Source: Methylomarinum vadi
Lineage (GTDB): Bacteria > Pseudomonadota > Gammaproteobacteria > Methylococcales > Methylomonadaceae
DNA length: 64,000 nucleotides
Direction of reading: 5' to 3'
Assembly (NCBI RefSeq): GCF_000733935.1
Contig: NZ_JPON01000001.1
Location: forward strand, 3,482,623 to 3,546,622
Shown: in pieces, positions 30,302 to 40,165 of the stretch
How the letters are laid out: each line of letters begins with the position of its first letter
Numbering within the stretch: the first letter of the stretch is position 1
Notes under the pieces: generated by a model
The model's database searches: none
Seen by the model: only the letters and a program-made list of their open reading frames with translations
Told to the model about the DNA's origin: nothing
Made by a program: the position numbers and the translations under genes

Positions 30302-30799
30302 ATGATCGAATGTTTGCTCAATCAGAATGCGCGCGACGATGGCGCCGCGGTCTCGCCGGCCATGACCGAGGCAGTGCTTGAACTGTGTCGACGCTATGCG
30401 GCGGGCATCGTGCAAATTCCCTGTCCCGAAATGCGGGCCCTTGGCTTTGAGCGTTCCCGTCCGCCGGGCGTTTCCATCAGGCAAGCTCTGGATACCGAGC
30501 CGGGCCGGGCATGCTGCCGCCAAATCGGCCGGGAAATCGCCGAACGACTGCAGGATTACCGGCGCCAGGGATATGACATCGTCGCGGTGCTGGGAGGCAA
30601 CCCGGAAAGTCCGGGCTGCGCCGTTCATATTAAGGAGAACGGCTTAACGGAGCAATCGGGGGTGATGATGCAGGAGTTATTCAGCGAATTACACAATAAG
30701 GGCATAGTCGTTTCTTTCAGGGGAATGCGCGATGCCGATCCGGCTTGGTTGGCGGAGGACCTGGCCTGGCTGGAAGCGTTATTGAGAAAGGCAGGTTGA
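30302..30799 (+). CDS. DUF523-like (TudS-like Fe-S) protein; start at MIECLL inferred
   Basis: ECLLNQNARDDG and IPCPEM resemble the DUF523 CLLGxxVRYDG / CPE motifs. Confidence 0.35.
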   Translation: MIECLLNQNARDDGAAVSPAMTEAVLELCRRYAAGIVQIPCPEMRALGFERSRPPGVSIRQALDTEPGRACCRQIGREIAERLQDYRRQGYDIVAVLGGNPESPGCAVHIKENGLTEQSGVMMQELFSELHNKGIVVSFRGMRDADPAWLAEDLAWLEALLRKAG

Positions 30800-30831
30800 T
30801 TGCGCAGCAAACCCCCGGGGGCCAGGCCTTA

Positions 30832-31491
30832 TTACTTGAATAGCTTGAACACCAAGTCGGAGACCGCCTGGATCAAATCGGGCTCGGATTCAACGCTGCT
30901 GTTTAAAACATGCACGGGGTCGCGCTCCCGGCCTGTATCTACCGCTTTCCGGCGTACTTGCGCCTTTTTCTCGCTATTGCGGCTGTGTAAAATTTGCCCG
31001 CCGGCCTTTTTCCATTCCATTAAATGGGTGATTTCGCCGCTTTCCAGCCAGACGCCGTGCTTTTTGCACTGGTCGATCACGACGCCGCTGCGGTGGCCGA
31101 AATTGACCCGGTTCATCAACACGCCGCAAACCGGGCATTTGATATATTTGATCTGTTTGCGTTGGTAACGGTCTTTGTTGATATTGCGCAGCAATTGTTG
31201 ATTGATCGCGAAGACATTGGAAACCGAACTCTCCAACAGCATTTCGATTTCGCCGGGATCGAAGAACAGGCCGAAGCATTGCTCGCAGCGCTCGATCAGA
31301 AACGGCCCGTTCAGATTCAAGTCTATGGTTTGCAAGGGTTCATGGCATTCCGGGCACATGCGGTCCGATTGCTGGCTATGGATGCTGAATTGGTGCTTGC
31401 CGTGCAAATCGACATCGTTGCGCACGCCGCAATAGCGGCACAGGTTGGTGTTGGCCAGTAACGGCGCCGAACAGCTTTTACAACGGGCCAT
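30832..31491 (-). CDS. Tandem TFIIB-type zinc-ribbon protein
   Basis: Two repeats of CxxC...CPxC...CxxC...F(D/G)xGE (CKSCSA..CRYCG..CPEC; CPVCG..CKKHG). Confidence 0.6.
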   Translation of the reverse strand: MARCKSCSAPLLANTNLCRYCGVRNDVDLHGKHQFSIHSQQSDRMCPECHEPLQTIDLNLNGPFLIERCEQCFGLFFDPGEIEMLLESSVSNVFAINQQLLRNINKDRYQRKQIKYIKCPVCGVLMNRVNFGHRSGVVIDQCKKHGVWLESGEITHLMEWKKAGGQILHSRNSEKKAQVRRKAVDTGRERDPVHVLNSSVESEPDLIQAVSDLVFKLFK

Positions 31492-31493
31492 GA

Positions 31494-32507
31494 TTAAAAA
31501 CGTTCCAGTATGTCCTGTTTTTTCGCGGCGTATTCCGATTCCGAAATCAGTTCCGCCTCGAACATTTTTTTCAATTGCGCCAGTTTCGCCATCGGGTCAT
31601 CGTTGCCAGCCGGCTGCGCGCTGGTCGCGTTTTCCGCCATCGAGTGCGCCATGCTCTGGCCCAAGCCGATGCCGGCCCCCAGGCCCATGCCTACGCCGGC
31701 GCCGCCGCTTTCGTTGCGGGCCGCTTCCCGCATCGCCTCCAAATGCTGGACCTTGGCGTAATCCAGGCCTACGGCTTGGGCGGCCTGCGCTTCCGCAGTC
31801 AGATCGGCGATGCGGTTGATGCGCTTGATCGTGTCTTCATCGAAGTCGGTGCCCTCGATGCGGAAATCGGTGATATCGAAGCCTAGCTTGCGGAAGGCGA
31901 TCGACAGTTTGATGGAAATGCCGCGGCCGATTTCTTCGCGATTGGCGTCGATTTCCGCGTAACTGTATTTGCTTTCGGCCAGGTAATCCGAAATCGGGTC
32001 GATGATACGCGCCGACATCACCCTGCGGAAATCGTCGGCGTAAAACGCGTTATGGCTGCCGACGACATGGACGAAGAATGCCTTTGGGTCTTCGATGCGG
32101 TAGCTATAATTGCCGTAGGCTTTCAGGCCGACCGGAAATTTGTATTTGGGGTCGTCGTATTTGATCGGCGAGGTGGTTCCCCATTTCTGGTCGAGAATTT
32201 TGCTTTTGCGGTAAAAATAAATTCCGACCTTGTGCTCGCTCTCGAAAAACTGCATGAATTTCTTGATCGTGGTCCAGAACGGAATGTTGGCGGTTTTCAG
32301 GTCGATCAAGCATTCCTCTTCGATGACCGATTTAACCTGTCCTTCATAGACGAAAATGCAGCCTTGGCCGGGGCCGACGATCAGCTTGGAAGCGTTCTTG
32401 ATTTCGTCGCCGTTTTCCGTCCATTGCACCAGCAGTGCATCGGGTTGCGGGTTTTTCCACTCGATGACCGAGCGGAGTTGTCGTTTGATGCCGTCGATTA
32501 TAGCCAT
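31494..32507 (-). CDS. SPFH/Band-7 domain protein with C-terminal SHOCT domain
   Basis: SPFH region; C-terminal DDPMAKLAQLKKMFEAELISESEYAAKKQDILERF is a SHOCT motif. Confidence 0.7.
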   Translation of the reverse strand: MAIIDGIKRQLRSVIEWKNPQPDALLVQWTENGDEIKNASKLIVGPGQGCIFVYEGQVKSVIEEECLIDLKTANIPFWTTIKKFMQFFESEHKVGIYFYRKSKILDQKWGTTSPIKYDDPKYKFPVGLKAYGNYSYRIEDPKAFFVHVVGSHNAFYADDFRRVMSARIIDPISDYLAESKYSYAEIDANREEIGRGISIKLSIAFRKLGFDITDFRIEGTDFDEDTIKRINRIADLTAEAQAAQAVGLDYAKVQHLEAMREAARNESGGAGVGMGLGAGIGLGQSMAHSMAENATSAQPAGNDDPMAKLAQLKKMFEAELISESEYAAKKQDILERF

Positions 32508-32881
32508 GTTAACCTCGGTTACGTACTGGGAAAAATTTACGTCGATTCCCTCGGACTTTTTTCGCAGGCTGTCAGCGGAACTACGTCTTTGCCACGAAAA
32601 GACATGTAACGCTTAAGGATTGCGAAGCGCTTTTGCCGGTTTAATGTAAAATTTACAACCTAGGCAACGCCGTGTTTCCGTTTTTATCAGAATGCCGTTT
32701 CATTTAAGCTTGCAACGAGAAACCGGTTCAGTCGGGCGAATCCACTGCGCTATTATGTTGCAAAGTGACCGGGCTATTTATGGATTACGGTCACAGTTAT
32801 GAAAACACGCCGAAAACGGCAGTAACACTGCGTTGCTAAATCCTTTAATTTAACCAAGTATAGTGAAAATTCGGAGAGATT

Positions 32882-33427
32882 GTGGCGATCAGAAAATTCA
32901 AAGGCAGATATCCCTTATTGGGCAACAATGTTTACATCGACGACAGCGCCGTCGTGATCGGCGACGTCACGCTGGGCGACGATGTTTCGATCTGGCCGAT
33001 GGCCGTGGTAAGGGGCGATGTCGAAAGCATCAGCATCGGCGACCAAACCAATGTGCAGGACGGCTCGGTGTTGCATGTTTCGCACGCCGGCGACTATTCC
33101 CCGCAAGGCTATCCGTTGAAAATAGGCAAGGGCGTCACCATCGGCCACAAAGCCGTGGTGCATGCCTGTACCGTTGGCGATTACTGCCTGGTCGGCATCG
33201 GCGCGATCATCATGGACGGCGCGGTGCTGGAAGATTACATCATGCTGGGCGCCGGAGCCCTGGTTCCCCCTGGCAAGAAACTGGAAAGCGGTTATCTCTA
33301 CGTCGGCGTCCCGGCCAAACAAGCCCGTCCGTTATCGGAGGAAGAAAAAGGCTTTTTGGAATATTCGGCGCGCCATTACGCTCAATTGAAAGACGAACAT
33401 AGGGAAGAGTTAGGAGATAAAGGTTAA
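32882..33427 (+). CDS. Gamma-class carbonic anhydrase family protein (left-handed beta-helix, YrdA/PaaY-like)
   Basis: Hexapeptide repeats; His ligands in the pattern typical of gamma-CA. Confidence 0.85.
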   Translation: MAIRKFKGRYPLLGNNVYIDDSAVVIGDVTLGDDVSIWPMAVVRGDVESISIGDQTNVQDGSVLHVSHAGDYSPQGYPLKIGKGVTIGHKAVVHACTVGDYCLVGIGAIIMDGAVLEDYIMLGAGALVPPGKKLESGYLYVGVPAKQARPLSEEEKGFLEYSARHYAQLKDEHREELGDKG

Positions 33428-33606
33428 GGGCTCGGGCAAGCCTGGACGCTTATTGCCGAGTGGGCTGAATAAGATACGAGATTTTCTGTCTCGTGTGGTT
33501 TCGCCTTGGTCTGTAGTTAGCTGGAAACGGGATAGCATCGAGTTTTGCATGTTATCCCGTTTAGAGAAACTGACGTTGGGGGGTAAAGGTTGTCAACTGA
33601 GGTTGA

Positions 33607-34368
33607 ATGAAGTTAAGATCGCTGGGTCGGGATAATAACTTGTTAGAGCCAATTAAGAGAAAAATGAAGCGAATATTCGTACCAACAATTTCAGGTTCCG
33701 ACTGGCAGCGCCTTTTAGGGAAGCCAAAGCTTCACTGGAAAAAGGGATATTCCGCAATGTCTGCTGCGGCATGCTGGGAAGATAATCACCCAAATTTGCC
33801 ATCTGAAATAGTTGAGACTCTCCATTCAACTGATGAGCTAAGCTTAAAAAGCTTAGAGTTATTGGCTGCCATTCCTGAATGGGAAGTTGATCTACCAGGC
33901 GGTGATAGACCATCACAAACCGATATTCTAGCAATTACCCGAAATGAAAATGACTTAGTAATTTTAGCTGTAGAGGCAAAAGTTGAAGAACCTTTTGGAC
34001 CAACTCTTGAAGAAAAGAAAAATGGTGCATCGGAGGGTCAATTAAGTCGAATCAGCTACCTTGAAGATATGCTTGGCCGTACAACTCCATTTCCCAGTCA
34101 TATTCGGTATCAACTCTTGCACCGCTCGGTGTCAGCATTGTTAACTGCCAAATCGTTCCACTCTTCAATTGCTGTCATGCTAGTTCATTCGTTTAGCCAA
34201 TCTTCAAAATGGCGCAATGAGTTTGAAGCGTTTTGCTCCGAATTAAAATGTACATCTTTATCGAATGATGTTTGGGAAGTGCCAAACATCAAAGACGGAA
34301 GGCTTTTGCTGGGTTGGTGTAAAGGAAATCCTGCATATTTGGCGATGGAGTTACCAAGTGGGCTCTAA
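33607..34368 (+). CDS. Hypothetical protein with a candidate PD-(D/E)xK nuclease-fold motif (TDILAI ... LVILAVEAKVEE); AT-rich
   Basis: GAGG SD 4 nt before the ATG; D...E-A-K spacing of ~17 residues in a predicted beta-strand context; no other recognisable domain. Confidence 0.4.
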   Translation: MKLRSLGRDNNLLEPIKRKMKRIFVPTISGSDWQRLLGKPKLHWKKGYSAMSAAACWEDNHPNLPSEIVETLHSTDELSLKSLELLAAIPEWEVDLPGGDRPSQTDILAITRNENDLVILAVEAKVEEPFGPTLEEKKNGASEGQLSRISYLEDMLGRTTPFPSHIRYQLLHRSVSALLTAKSFHSSIAVMLVHSFSQSSKWRNEFEAFCSELKCTSLSNDVWEVPNIKDGRLLLGWCKGNPAYLAMELPSGL

Positions 34369-34455
34369 CAAGGCAATTCACACGGATGCCAAAACCGCCG
34401 CTTCGCTCTGGTTTTGGCCCCGGTGATTGCGGCGTTATGTGCATGAGGGTACGAG

Positions 34456-35106
34456 ATGAACGATAGTCTTGTGACAATATTGGGAAGTTCGTATTTTGAA
34501 CCAATTAGTGCATTGCTTGAAAAGCTGGAGAAACACGAGAGCAATATCTCTAACCAAGTTCAATCTGGCTATTACGAAAAAGGGTTTGCTGCATCGATCT
34601 GTATTCTGAGTGTGGTCTGCCTGGAGTCATACGTAATGAGAGTTAGGTATATTAATTCTGCCAACCAAGATCATATTGATAGAACGCCTGTTGTTAGTTA
34701 CTTAAAGTCACTATATCCAGATTTTCCGTTTGAAAACGAATTACTGGAATTACATATATTGAGAGACCTCCTGGCCCACAATCACCTATGGGAAATATCA
34801 TATTCATTTAACGAAGATGATGAAATGGAAATTAGTGAGGTAGAAAAAAGAAGTTCTGGTGATAAAAAATATCGGCAACGTGTAGATACGGAAAATCACG
34901 TAACAAAAACTCTAGGCCTGAACGTGAACCCAATTAAGGTAGGGGCTTCAGACGTTAAGTTGGTCCTTCAGACGATGTGGAAAATTCTACTTTTTCTTGA
35001 GAGCAAGAATAGAAATCAATGCTACGTATCTCATCTGCGCGCGGTATATAAGGGCACACTAAGGCAGTTTGGTGAAATCATTGGTATGCCAGAAACATGC
35101 ACATAA
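34456..35106 (+). CDS. Hypothetical protein (216 aa), AT-rich, partner of the preceding gene; its TAA stop coincides with the first bases of the IS91-family element
   Basis: ORF with an SD; no recognisable motif. Confidence 0.4.
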   Translation: MNDSLVTILGSSYFEPISALLEKLEKHESNISNQVQSGYYEKGFAASICILSVVCLESYVMRVRYINSANQDHIDRTPVVSYLKSLYPDFPFENELLELHILRDLLAHNHLWEISYSFNEDDEMEISEVEKRSSGDKKYRQRVDTENHVTKTLGLNVNPIKVGASDVKLVLQTMWKILLFLESKNRNQCYVSHLRAVYKGTLRQFGEIIGMPETCT

Positions 35107-35415
35107 CGAATAAGGTTAGATTGTAATCGCGGAGCGAGCCACAATCTGAACCGTTTGTTGGACAAGCCCGGTATTCGGAGGGAGCGTTATATAAGAAAAT
35201 AGCTTTTCGAAGGATTGGGGGATGTGTTGGCCCATTTCAAGCGTTGACGTCGATAAACGGGCTGAAATGGGCGTGATGCTGATCATCACACCCGGAATTT
35301 CGGATTTTAGCGGCATTTTGCCCTGAATTCAGACCGAACGAAAGCCTCGGTGCTAAAATGCCCGATGATCGGTTTGGGTCAGTGAGAAATGCCGCTTACA
35401 TAACCGGTTTTGCCT

Positions 35416-36513
35416 CTACGCTTTGGTCGAATTCAATGCCATGACAGCCGAAGAACCGAGAATGCGCGTTTTGATAATCTGCAGGGTTCCACCACAACAT
35501 GGGCATTGGAGTTTCGGGCGGGGCCTGAGCCAAGCGATAGCACGATTGGGATTGACGCCGAGCAAGACTTGCAGCAGACGAATCAGCCGTTTGCTGTTGG
35601 GGTGCAAAAAGCCGAAGTTGCGAGTCCGCCTAAAGCCTTTGGGCAGAACATGGCGGAGCATCAGCCACAGAAACTTCACGCCGGGTAGTGTTCGAGTCTG
35701 CCACTTTTTGGTTTTGCTGTCCTGGTAACGGAAGGTTACTTGGCCATCTCGGCAGGCAATAATGTCCTTTTCCTGGATAACGCCCTTATAGAGATAACGT
35801 CCCAGATAAACCAAGGCTTTATCGCCGCGTCCGACCGACTTGACGTCAACGACCCATTGTTGCGGATAGTAGTCAGGCAATGTCAAACCGGCCTGCGAGA
35901 TCGCTTCAAGCAATTTGGCCCGAAACACTTTGGCCACTGCCTTGTGATTGAACAAATAGCCTTTCCGGCCCTTTTTACCCTGTTTGGTGCGCCACAGTCG
36001 TTTATCAGGATCGATGGCGGCCGCCGGCATCACCAAGTGTACATGCGGATGGTAATCCAATCGGCGGGAATGGGTATGCAACACAGCAATAGCACCGGCA
36101 TTGCCCTGAAGCTGTTGATCGTTGCGGGTGAAGGTGTTGACGGTATCCCAACTACAGCGGATCAGCAGATCATACAACGTACGTTGCTGTTGCCAGGCCA
36201 ACGGCCTGAGTTCTTTGGGCAAAGTAAACGTCAGCAAAAAATATTCGGCCGGCACCTGCTTCTGCAACTGCCTTTCCAGCCATTGTTGCGATTCGTGCGA
36301 CTGGCAATGCGGGCAGCTGCGATGGCCGCAGGAATGCGGCACCAAGCGTTGCCGATCGCAATCATCGCATTGCGCCAACATCACAGGGCCTTGCGACGTG
36401 CGGCAGTGTTTCATCGCGGCCAGCGCCTGACGCTGACTGGGTGACAAGCGACCCTGGTAAGCGACCAGAAACTCGGCTTCGAAGGTTTGGATGATGGCGG
36501 AAAGCAAGATCAT
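35416..36513 (-). CDS. IS91-family HUH/Y2 transposase
   Basis: HUH motif [18 protein letters not shown]; Y2 motif YLGRYLYKG; N-terminal Cys/His zinc-binding cluster. Confidence 0.85.
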   Translation of the reverse strand: MILLSAIIQTFEAEFLVAYQGRLSPSQRQALAAMKHCRTSQGPVMLAQCDDCDRQRLVPHSCGHRSCPHCQSHESQQWLERQLQKQVPAEYFLLTFTLPKELRPLAWQQQRTLYDLLIRCSWDTVNTFTRNDQQLQGNAGAIAVLHTHSRRLDYHPHVHLVMPAAAIDPDKRLWRTKQGKKGRKGYLFNHKAVAKVFRAKLLEAISQAGLTLPDYYPQQWVVDVKSVGRGDKALVYLGRYLYKGVIQEKDIIACRDGQVTFRYQDSKTKKWQTRTLPGVKFLWLMLRHVLPKGFRRTRNFGFLHPNSKRLIRLLQVLLGVNPNRAIAWLRPRPKLQCPCCGGTLQIIKTRILGSSAVMALNSTKA

Positions 36514-37417
36514 TTGACCGCCCCCCAGTCGATGTCGAAGCCATTCATTAAGGCATTAATCAACTGGCCGGTATTTTGATTCGTGCCGTCGGTCAGGTGA
36601 GTATAGCGGGCAGTGGTGAGGATACTGTGGTGACCGAGGATTTTCTGCACTTCCAGTAGATCGACGCCCGCTTCAATCAAATGTGTGGCATAGCTATGCC
36701 GCAGACAGTGCGGGGTAATCTTTTTTTTAAACCGCAGTCTTGCGCGACTTGGCGCAGAGCCTTTTGCACGCCACCGCGATCCAAAGGGCTCTGCGCGCGC
36801 TGCGCGCCCTTCAAACCGCCATGGCGATTGGGAAACAACATGACCGGATGCCGGTGAACTTGCCAGAAGCGGCGTAGCAAATCCAGGGTGGCAGCCGGCA
36901 ACGGCACCAGTCTATCCTTATTGCCCTTGGCATCTCGGATATGCACGCGTTGGCGACCGGCATCGATATCCCCAACCTCAAGACGCAATCCCTCGCCGAG
37001 GCGCAAACCTAGACTGTAGAGCGTGAAAAAGAACACCCGGTAACTGAGAATACGCGTGGACTGGAAGATACACCGCGCCTCGTCGACAGTGACGATATCC
37101 GGCAAACGTTGCGCCTTCGGCGGCTTGACCAACTGCGGCGCGACCCAAGGCTTGCGCAGTACATGGGTGTAATAAAACTTGAGACCGTACAGGTCCAACT
37201 TGACCGCACTCCAAGAATGCGACTCCAGCAAATCGGTGAAATAATCGGTCAGTTGCTGTTCGGTCAACGCATTGATGTCTTCGTTGAAATACTGGCCGAT
37301 ACGTCGAATCGCACGGGCATAGGCCTCGATCGTCTTGGGCTGCAACCCTTTAAGTTTGAGGTGTTTCAGATGGCTTTGATAGTTTTGCTTGAAATGGGGT
37401 TCGAATGATGTTGTCAT
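36510..37417 (-). CDS. Tyrosine recombinase (phage-integrase family) of the IS91-family element. Full length requires a -1 frameshift in an A8 run at ~36721-36728. The zero-frame product (36677..37417) stops 14 codons after the run.
   Basis: The -1 frame after the A-run reads [46 protein letters not shown], which are integrase box II and the catalytic Tyr. Its TGA overlaps the transposase ATG (ATGA). Confidence 0.65.
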
Positions 37418-37621
37418 TGTCGCGTAACCTCATGATTCGTCATGGAATAATCCCTCTTAAAAGAGGGCGTGAGATTACATTTTATAAATTACCGGCTACT
37501 GCCGCTTTTCTCCGCGTTAGCGGCTTCGTCCAACACGGCATTCCACCCGACCAAAAACCGCTACGCGGTTTTCCTCGGGTGAGCTTGGCGTTAGCTTTGA
37601 AATTACGAATTTGAGGCGTCA

Positions 37622-37963
37622 ATGAGCAGAAAAAAACACCGAAGCACACGCGCTGCCCGTAAAGGCCCAATTATGTCCGCGGAAATGAGTGCAAAAATCT
37701 TCGAGGCATTAAATGATCGTCGCTATGTCGCACGAACCATAAAAGGCATAGCAACATCAACACATTTGAGAGAGCCGCAGGTGGTGGAAGTGTTGCGTAA
37801 CGATCAGAATTTGCGCGGTGCGGTGAAGATTTACCCGCGTAAGTCGAAAAATGGCAAATTACTAATTACCACCAAAGAAAAATTTGAAAAAACCGCCACA
37901 ACACTCGATAGGTTTATCGATTATTTCGCTACGAAAAAGGAGAGTTTTGATGACTTCTCCTGA
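37622..37963 (+). CDS. Hypothetical small basic protein (possible winged-helix)
   Basis: ORF with a GAGG SD; AT-rich. Confidence 0.3.
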   Translation: MSRKKHRSTRAARKGPIMSAEMSAKIFEALNDRRYVARTIKGIATSTHLREPQVVEVLRNDQNLRGAVKIYPRKSKNGKLLITTKEKFEKTATTLDRFIDYFATKKESFDDFS

Positions 37964-38309
37964 TGGGGTTTCAATTACGCAACTAATTAGCTCGAATCAA
38001 CTTCTGATTTTTATCGCCTTTTTTGGTGGAGTAGTTCTTTTTGGAATGAAAATGGCCGAGCATTTTTCTCGGAAGCCAGAAAATAAATTCTCGAACGGTC
38101 GATATTTCTTGTACTTTGTCTTTTTGCTTGTCTCACTTCCAATACTTGGCTCGGCAGTTGTAATAATATACTTAGCAAACGGCGACAAAATAAGTCCTGT
38201 ATTGGCATTTCAAATAGGATTGACGTCACCTGCGATAGTCCAAAGCTTAATAATTGCCGCAGCAAACAAATTCAAAGAAGGTGGTCTAGAAACCACAAGT
38301 GGACAGTGA
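37950..38309 (+). CDS. Hypothetical small 3-TM membrane protein (start at MTSPDGV with an AAGGAG SD; overlaps the upstream gene by 14 nt)
   Basis: Hydrophobic helices; translational coupling. Confidence 0.3.
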   Translation: MTSPDGVSITQLISSNQLLIFIAFFGGVVLFGMKMAEHFSRKPENKFSNGRYFLYFVFLLVSLPILGSAVVIIYLANGDKISPVLAFQIGLTSPAIVQSLIIAAANKFKEGGLETTSGQ

Positions 38310-38385
38310 AAGCTAACAATGCCGTAAACTCGGGCGCATTTTTCGTTCGCTGCGCTCACTACAAACGCACTGGTTACGGCTGGCG

Positions 38386-38688
38386 TTATGGCTCATTTAG
38401 GTGAGGTATCGCATCCATTCTTTTATGGAGAGCTCGAACAATTTCAATTTTGTTTTCTGAGAGAGTTCGGTAAAAAACGATGTGGCCAGTAACAGGAAGT
38501 TTTCGGTAGCCTATTTTTATGTAGTCACAAGCAATGCCAATATCTGGGGTATCAGCAAGCAAATGGAAAGCATCGTCAAATTGTTTCAAGTAAATTCGTC
38601 GTTGTTCTTTGCCCCATTTCCTTTGGGTGTATGCAGCAATGGACTTTAGGTCAGATTTGGCTTGGTTGGTAAGTTGAAATGTACCCAT
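38386..38688 (-). CDS. parE: ParE/RelE-family toxin
   Basis: ~100 aa; C-terminal RelE/ParE fold motifs; overlaps the upstream parD by 1 nt. Confidence 0.8.
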   Translation of the reverse strand: MGTFQLTNQAKSDLKSIAAYTQRKWGKEQRRIYLKQFDDAFHLLADTPDIGIACDYIKIGYRKLPVTGHIVFYRTLSENKIEIVRALHKRMDAIPHLNEP

Positions 38689-38927
38689 TAACCAAACTCA
38701 TCATCCAGATCGTTCATGAGGCCTTCATAGCTGTACTCAGCTGTGCCACTGTTTTCGCCCTCTTCAAGCAAGCGTCGGAGAGTGGCAATCTTGTGTTCGT
38801 AGTCTTCAAGCATTCTAAGGCCTGCACGTACAACTTCGCTGGCAGAGGCATAGCGTCCCTCTGCTATTTGTTGGGCTATAAAACCATCAAAGTGGTCACC
38901 AAGGGTCATACTGGTGTTTTTGGGCAT
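38688..38927 (-). CDS. parD: ParD-family (RHH) antitoxin
   Basis: MSMTLGDHFDGFIAQQIAEGRYASASEVVRAGLRMLE is a ParD signature. Confidence 0.75.
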   Translation of the reverse strand: MPKNTSMTLGDHFDGFIAQQIAEGRYASASEVVRAGLRMLEDYEHKIATLRRLLEEGENSGTAEYSYEGLMNDLDDEFG

Positions 38928-39251
38928 GTCAGGGTGCCTCCAATATCAAATATGGGTATTTGATGGTACAAAACCATAACCAACGGGTCAACTTGACCGT
39001 CAAACGCCACGCTCCTATCGTCGTGCTACACATTCGGATATAGGGGGCGTGTCGTCGGTTCGGACGAAATTGTTGGTGTCTGATACGCGAAAATAAATGT
39101 ATTACGCCAAGATTCATAATTTATTGTAGCGACATGATTCGTTGTGCAATAACATCAATATGCTAAGCCCGGTTCAACTTGGCCAGTCACAAGAGGCGGG
39201 TAATCCGTAAGGTTTTCAAGAACCATAGTCGTTGTTGCGGGTATCGATAGC

Positions 39252-39743
39252 GTGAAAACCAACAAACCTAATCAAAATAACAAAGTTAAATCGAAGGGGT
39301 CTCGTCTTGACGCGTCCAACAAGAAAGTGTTGGTGGATTGCCAAATATCAACGCGACTCGAAGAAATCGAGACGCTGGCCGATACCGTCGACAACGTACT
39401 GACCGACAGCGATCTGGCGTTCTCCGTCAACTTGTGCCTGGAAGAATTGATTACCAACACAATCAATTACGGTCTAGGCGGTGCCTCGGACCGGTTAATT
39501 CACGTGCAAATAAACAGTACGGCGGAATGGTTGGAGATCGTTCTCGAAGACGACGCGCCTCAATTTGACCCGTTCGTACAAGTCCCGGAACCCAAGTTGG
39601 ACCAGGATATTAACGATCGCCCGATCGGCGGCCTCGGCGTGCACTTGGTTAAGAAAATTATGGACGATGTCCATGCCTATTATGACGGTACTGGAAATAT
39701 GATCGTGCTGCGTAAGCGCTTATCTCATCAAAATAAGGAATAA
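39252..39743 (+). CDS. RsbW-like anti-sigma factor / Ser-protein kinase (HATPase_c_2)
   Basis: LCLEELITNTINYG (N-box) ... GLGVHLVKKIMDDV (G2 box). Confidence 0.7.
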   Translation: MKTNKPNQNNKVKSKGSRLDASNKKVLVDCQISTRLEEIETLADTVDNVLTDSDLAFSVNLCLEELITNTINYGLGGASDRLIHVQINSTAEWLEIVLEDDAPQFDPFVQVPEPKLDQDINDRPIGGLGVHLVKKIMDDVHAYYDGTGNMIVLRKRLSHQNKE

Positions 39744-39762
39744 AGCGCAAAAAGACCGTGAA

Positions 39763-40098
39763 TTAGGTGAGTGTCGCCAGCGCTTCGGCGACGGAGTTTT
39801 CCATCTTGAACAGGGACGCGAAGCCTGACATCTCGAAGACCGAGCGGACGTTGCCGTTGACGTTGGCAAAGCAGACATTGCCGTTTTTCTCCTTCAGCAG
39901 CTTGGCCATCAACAGCAGAGCCCGAAGTCCAGCGCTGCTGATGTAATCGAGTTGTGCAAAGTCCACGACAAAGTCGTTAGTGCCGCCGGCAATCATTTCC
40001 CGGATTCTTTTTTCATACTCCGGGGCGGTTACCGCATCTAGCCTGCCACTGATCGTTACGATGGTGGCGTTATTTTCTATGGTGGTCTGCAAATCCAT
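39763..40098 (-). CDS. STAS-domain anti-sigma-factor antagonist (SpoIIAA/RsbV-like)
   Basis: 110 aa with a phosphorylatable Ser in DYISSAGLRALL. Confidence 0.8.
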   Translation of the reverse strand: MDLQTTIENNATIVTISGRLDAVTAPEYEKRIREMIAGGTNDFVVDFAQLDYISSAGLRALLLMAKLLKEKNGNVCFANVNGNVRSVFEMSGFASLFKMENSVAEALATLT

Positions 40099-40165
40099 GG
40101 ACGTTGTTCTTTATGCGTATTTACTATGAAAGTCGCGACGCGGGCCTTAATCCCCCTCGTCCTCT

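Larger units (their letters stand above)
35105..37534 (-). mobile_element. IS91-family (HUH rolling-circle) element, copy 1, 2430 bp, no TIRs; identical copy at 59641..62070
   Basis: Exact direct repeat with offset 24,536 bp; boundaries taken where the two copies' flanks diverge. Confidence 0.75.

Noticed and set aside
33453-33635. 60-aa ORF in the intergenic region upstream of the unknown cassette
   Set aside because: It spans the hairpin and the SD/start of the 33607 gene, has no SD of its own, and is likely spurious.
35116-35316. 66-aa ORF inside the tnpA-distal end of both IS91 copies (also 59652..59852)
   Set aside because: It lies in the non-coding end region of the element, which holds stem-loops such as gattgtaat...acaatc. 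It has no SD and is probably not a gene.
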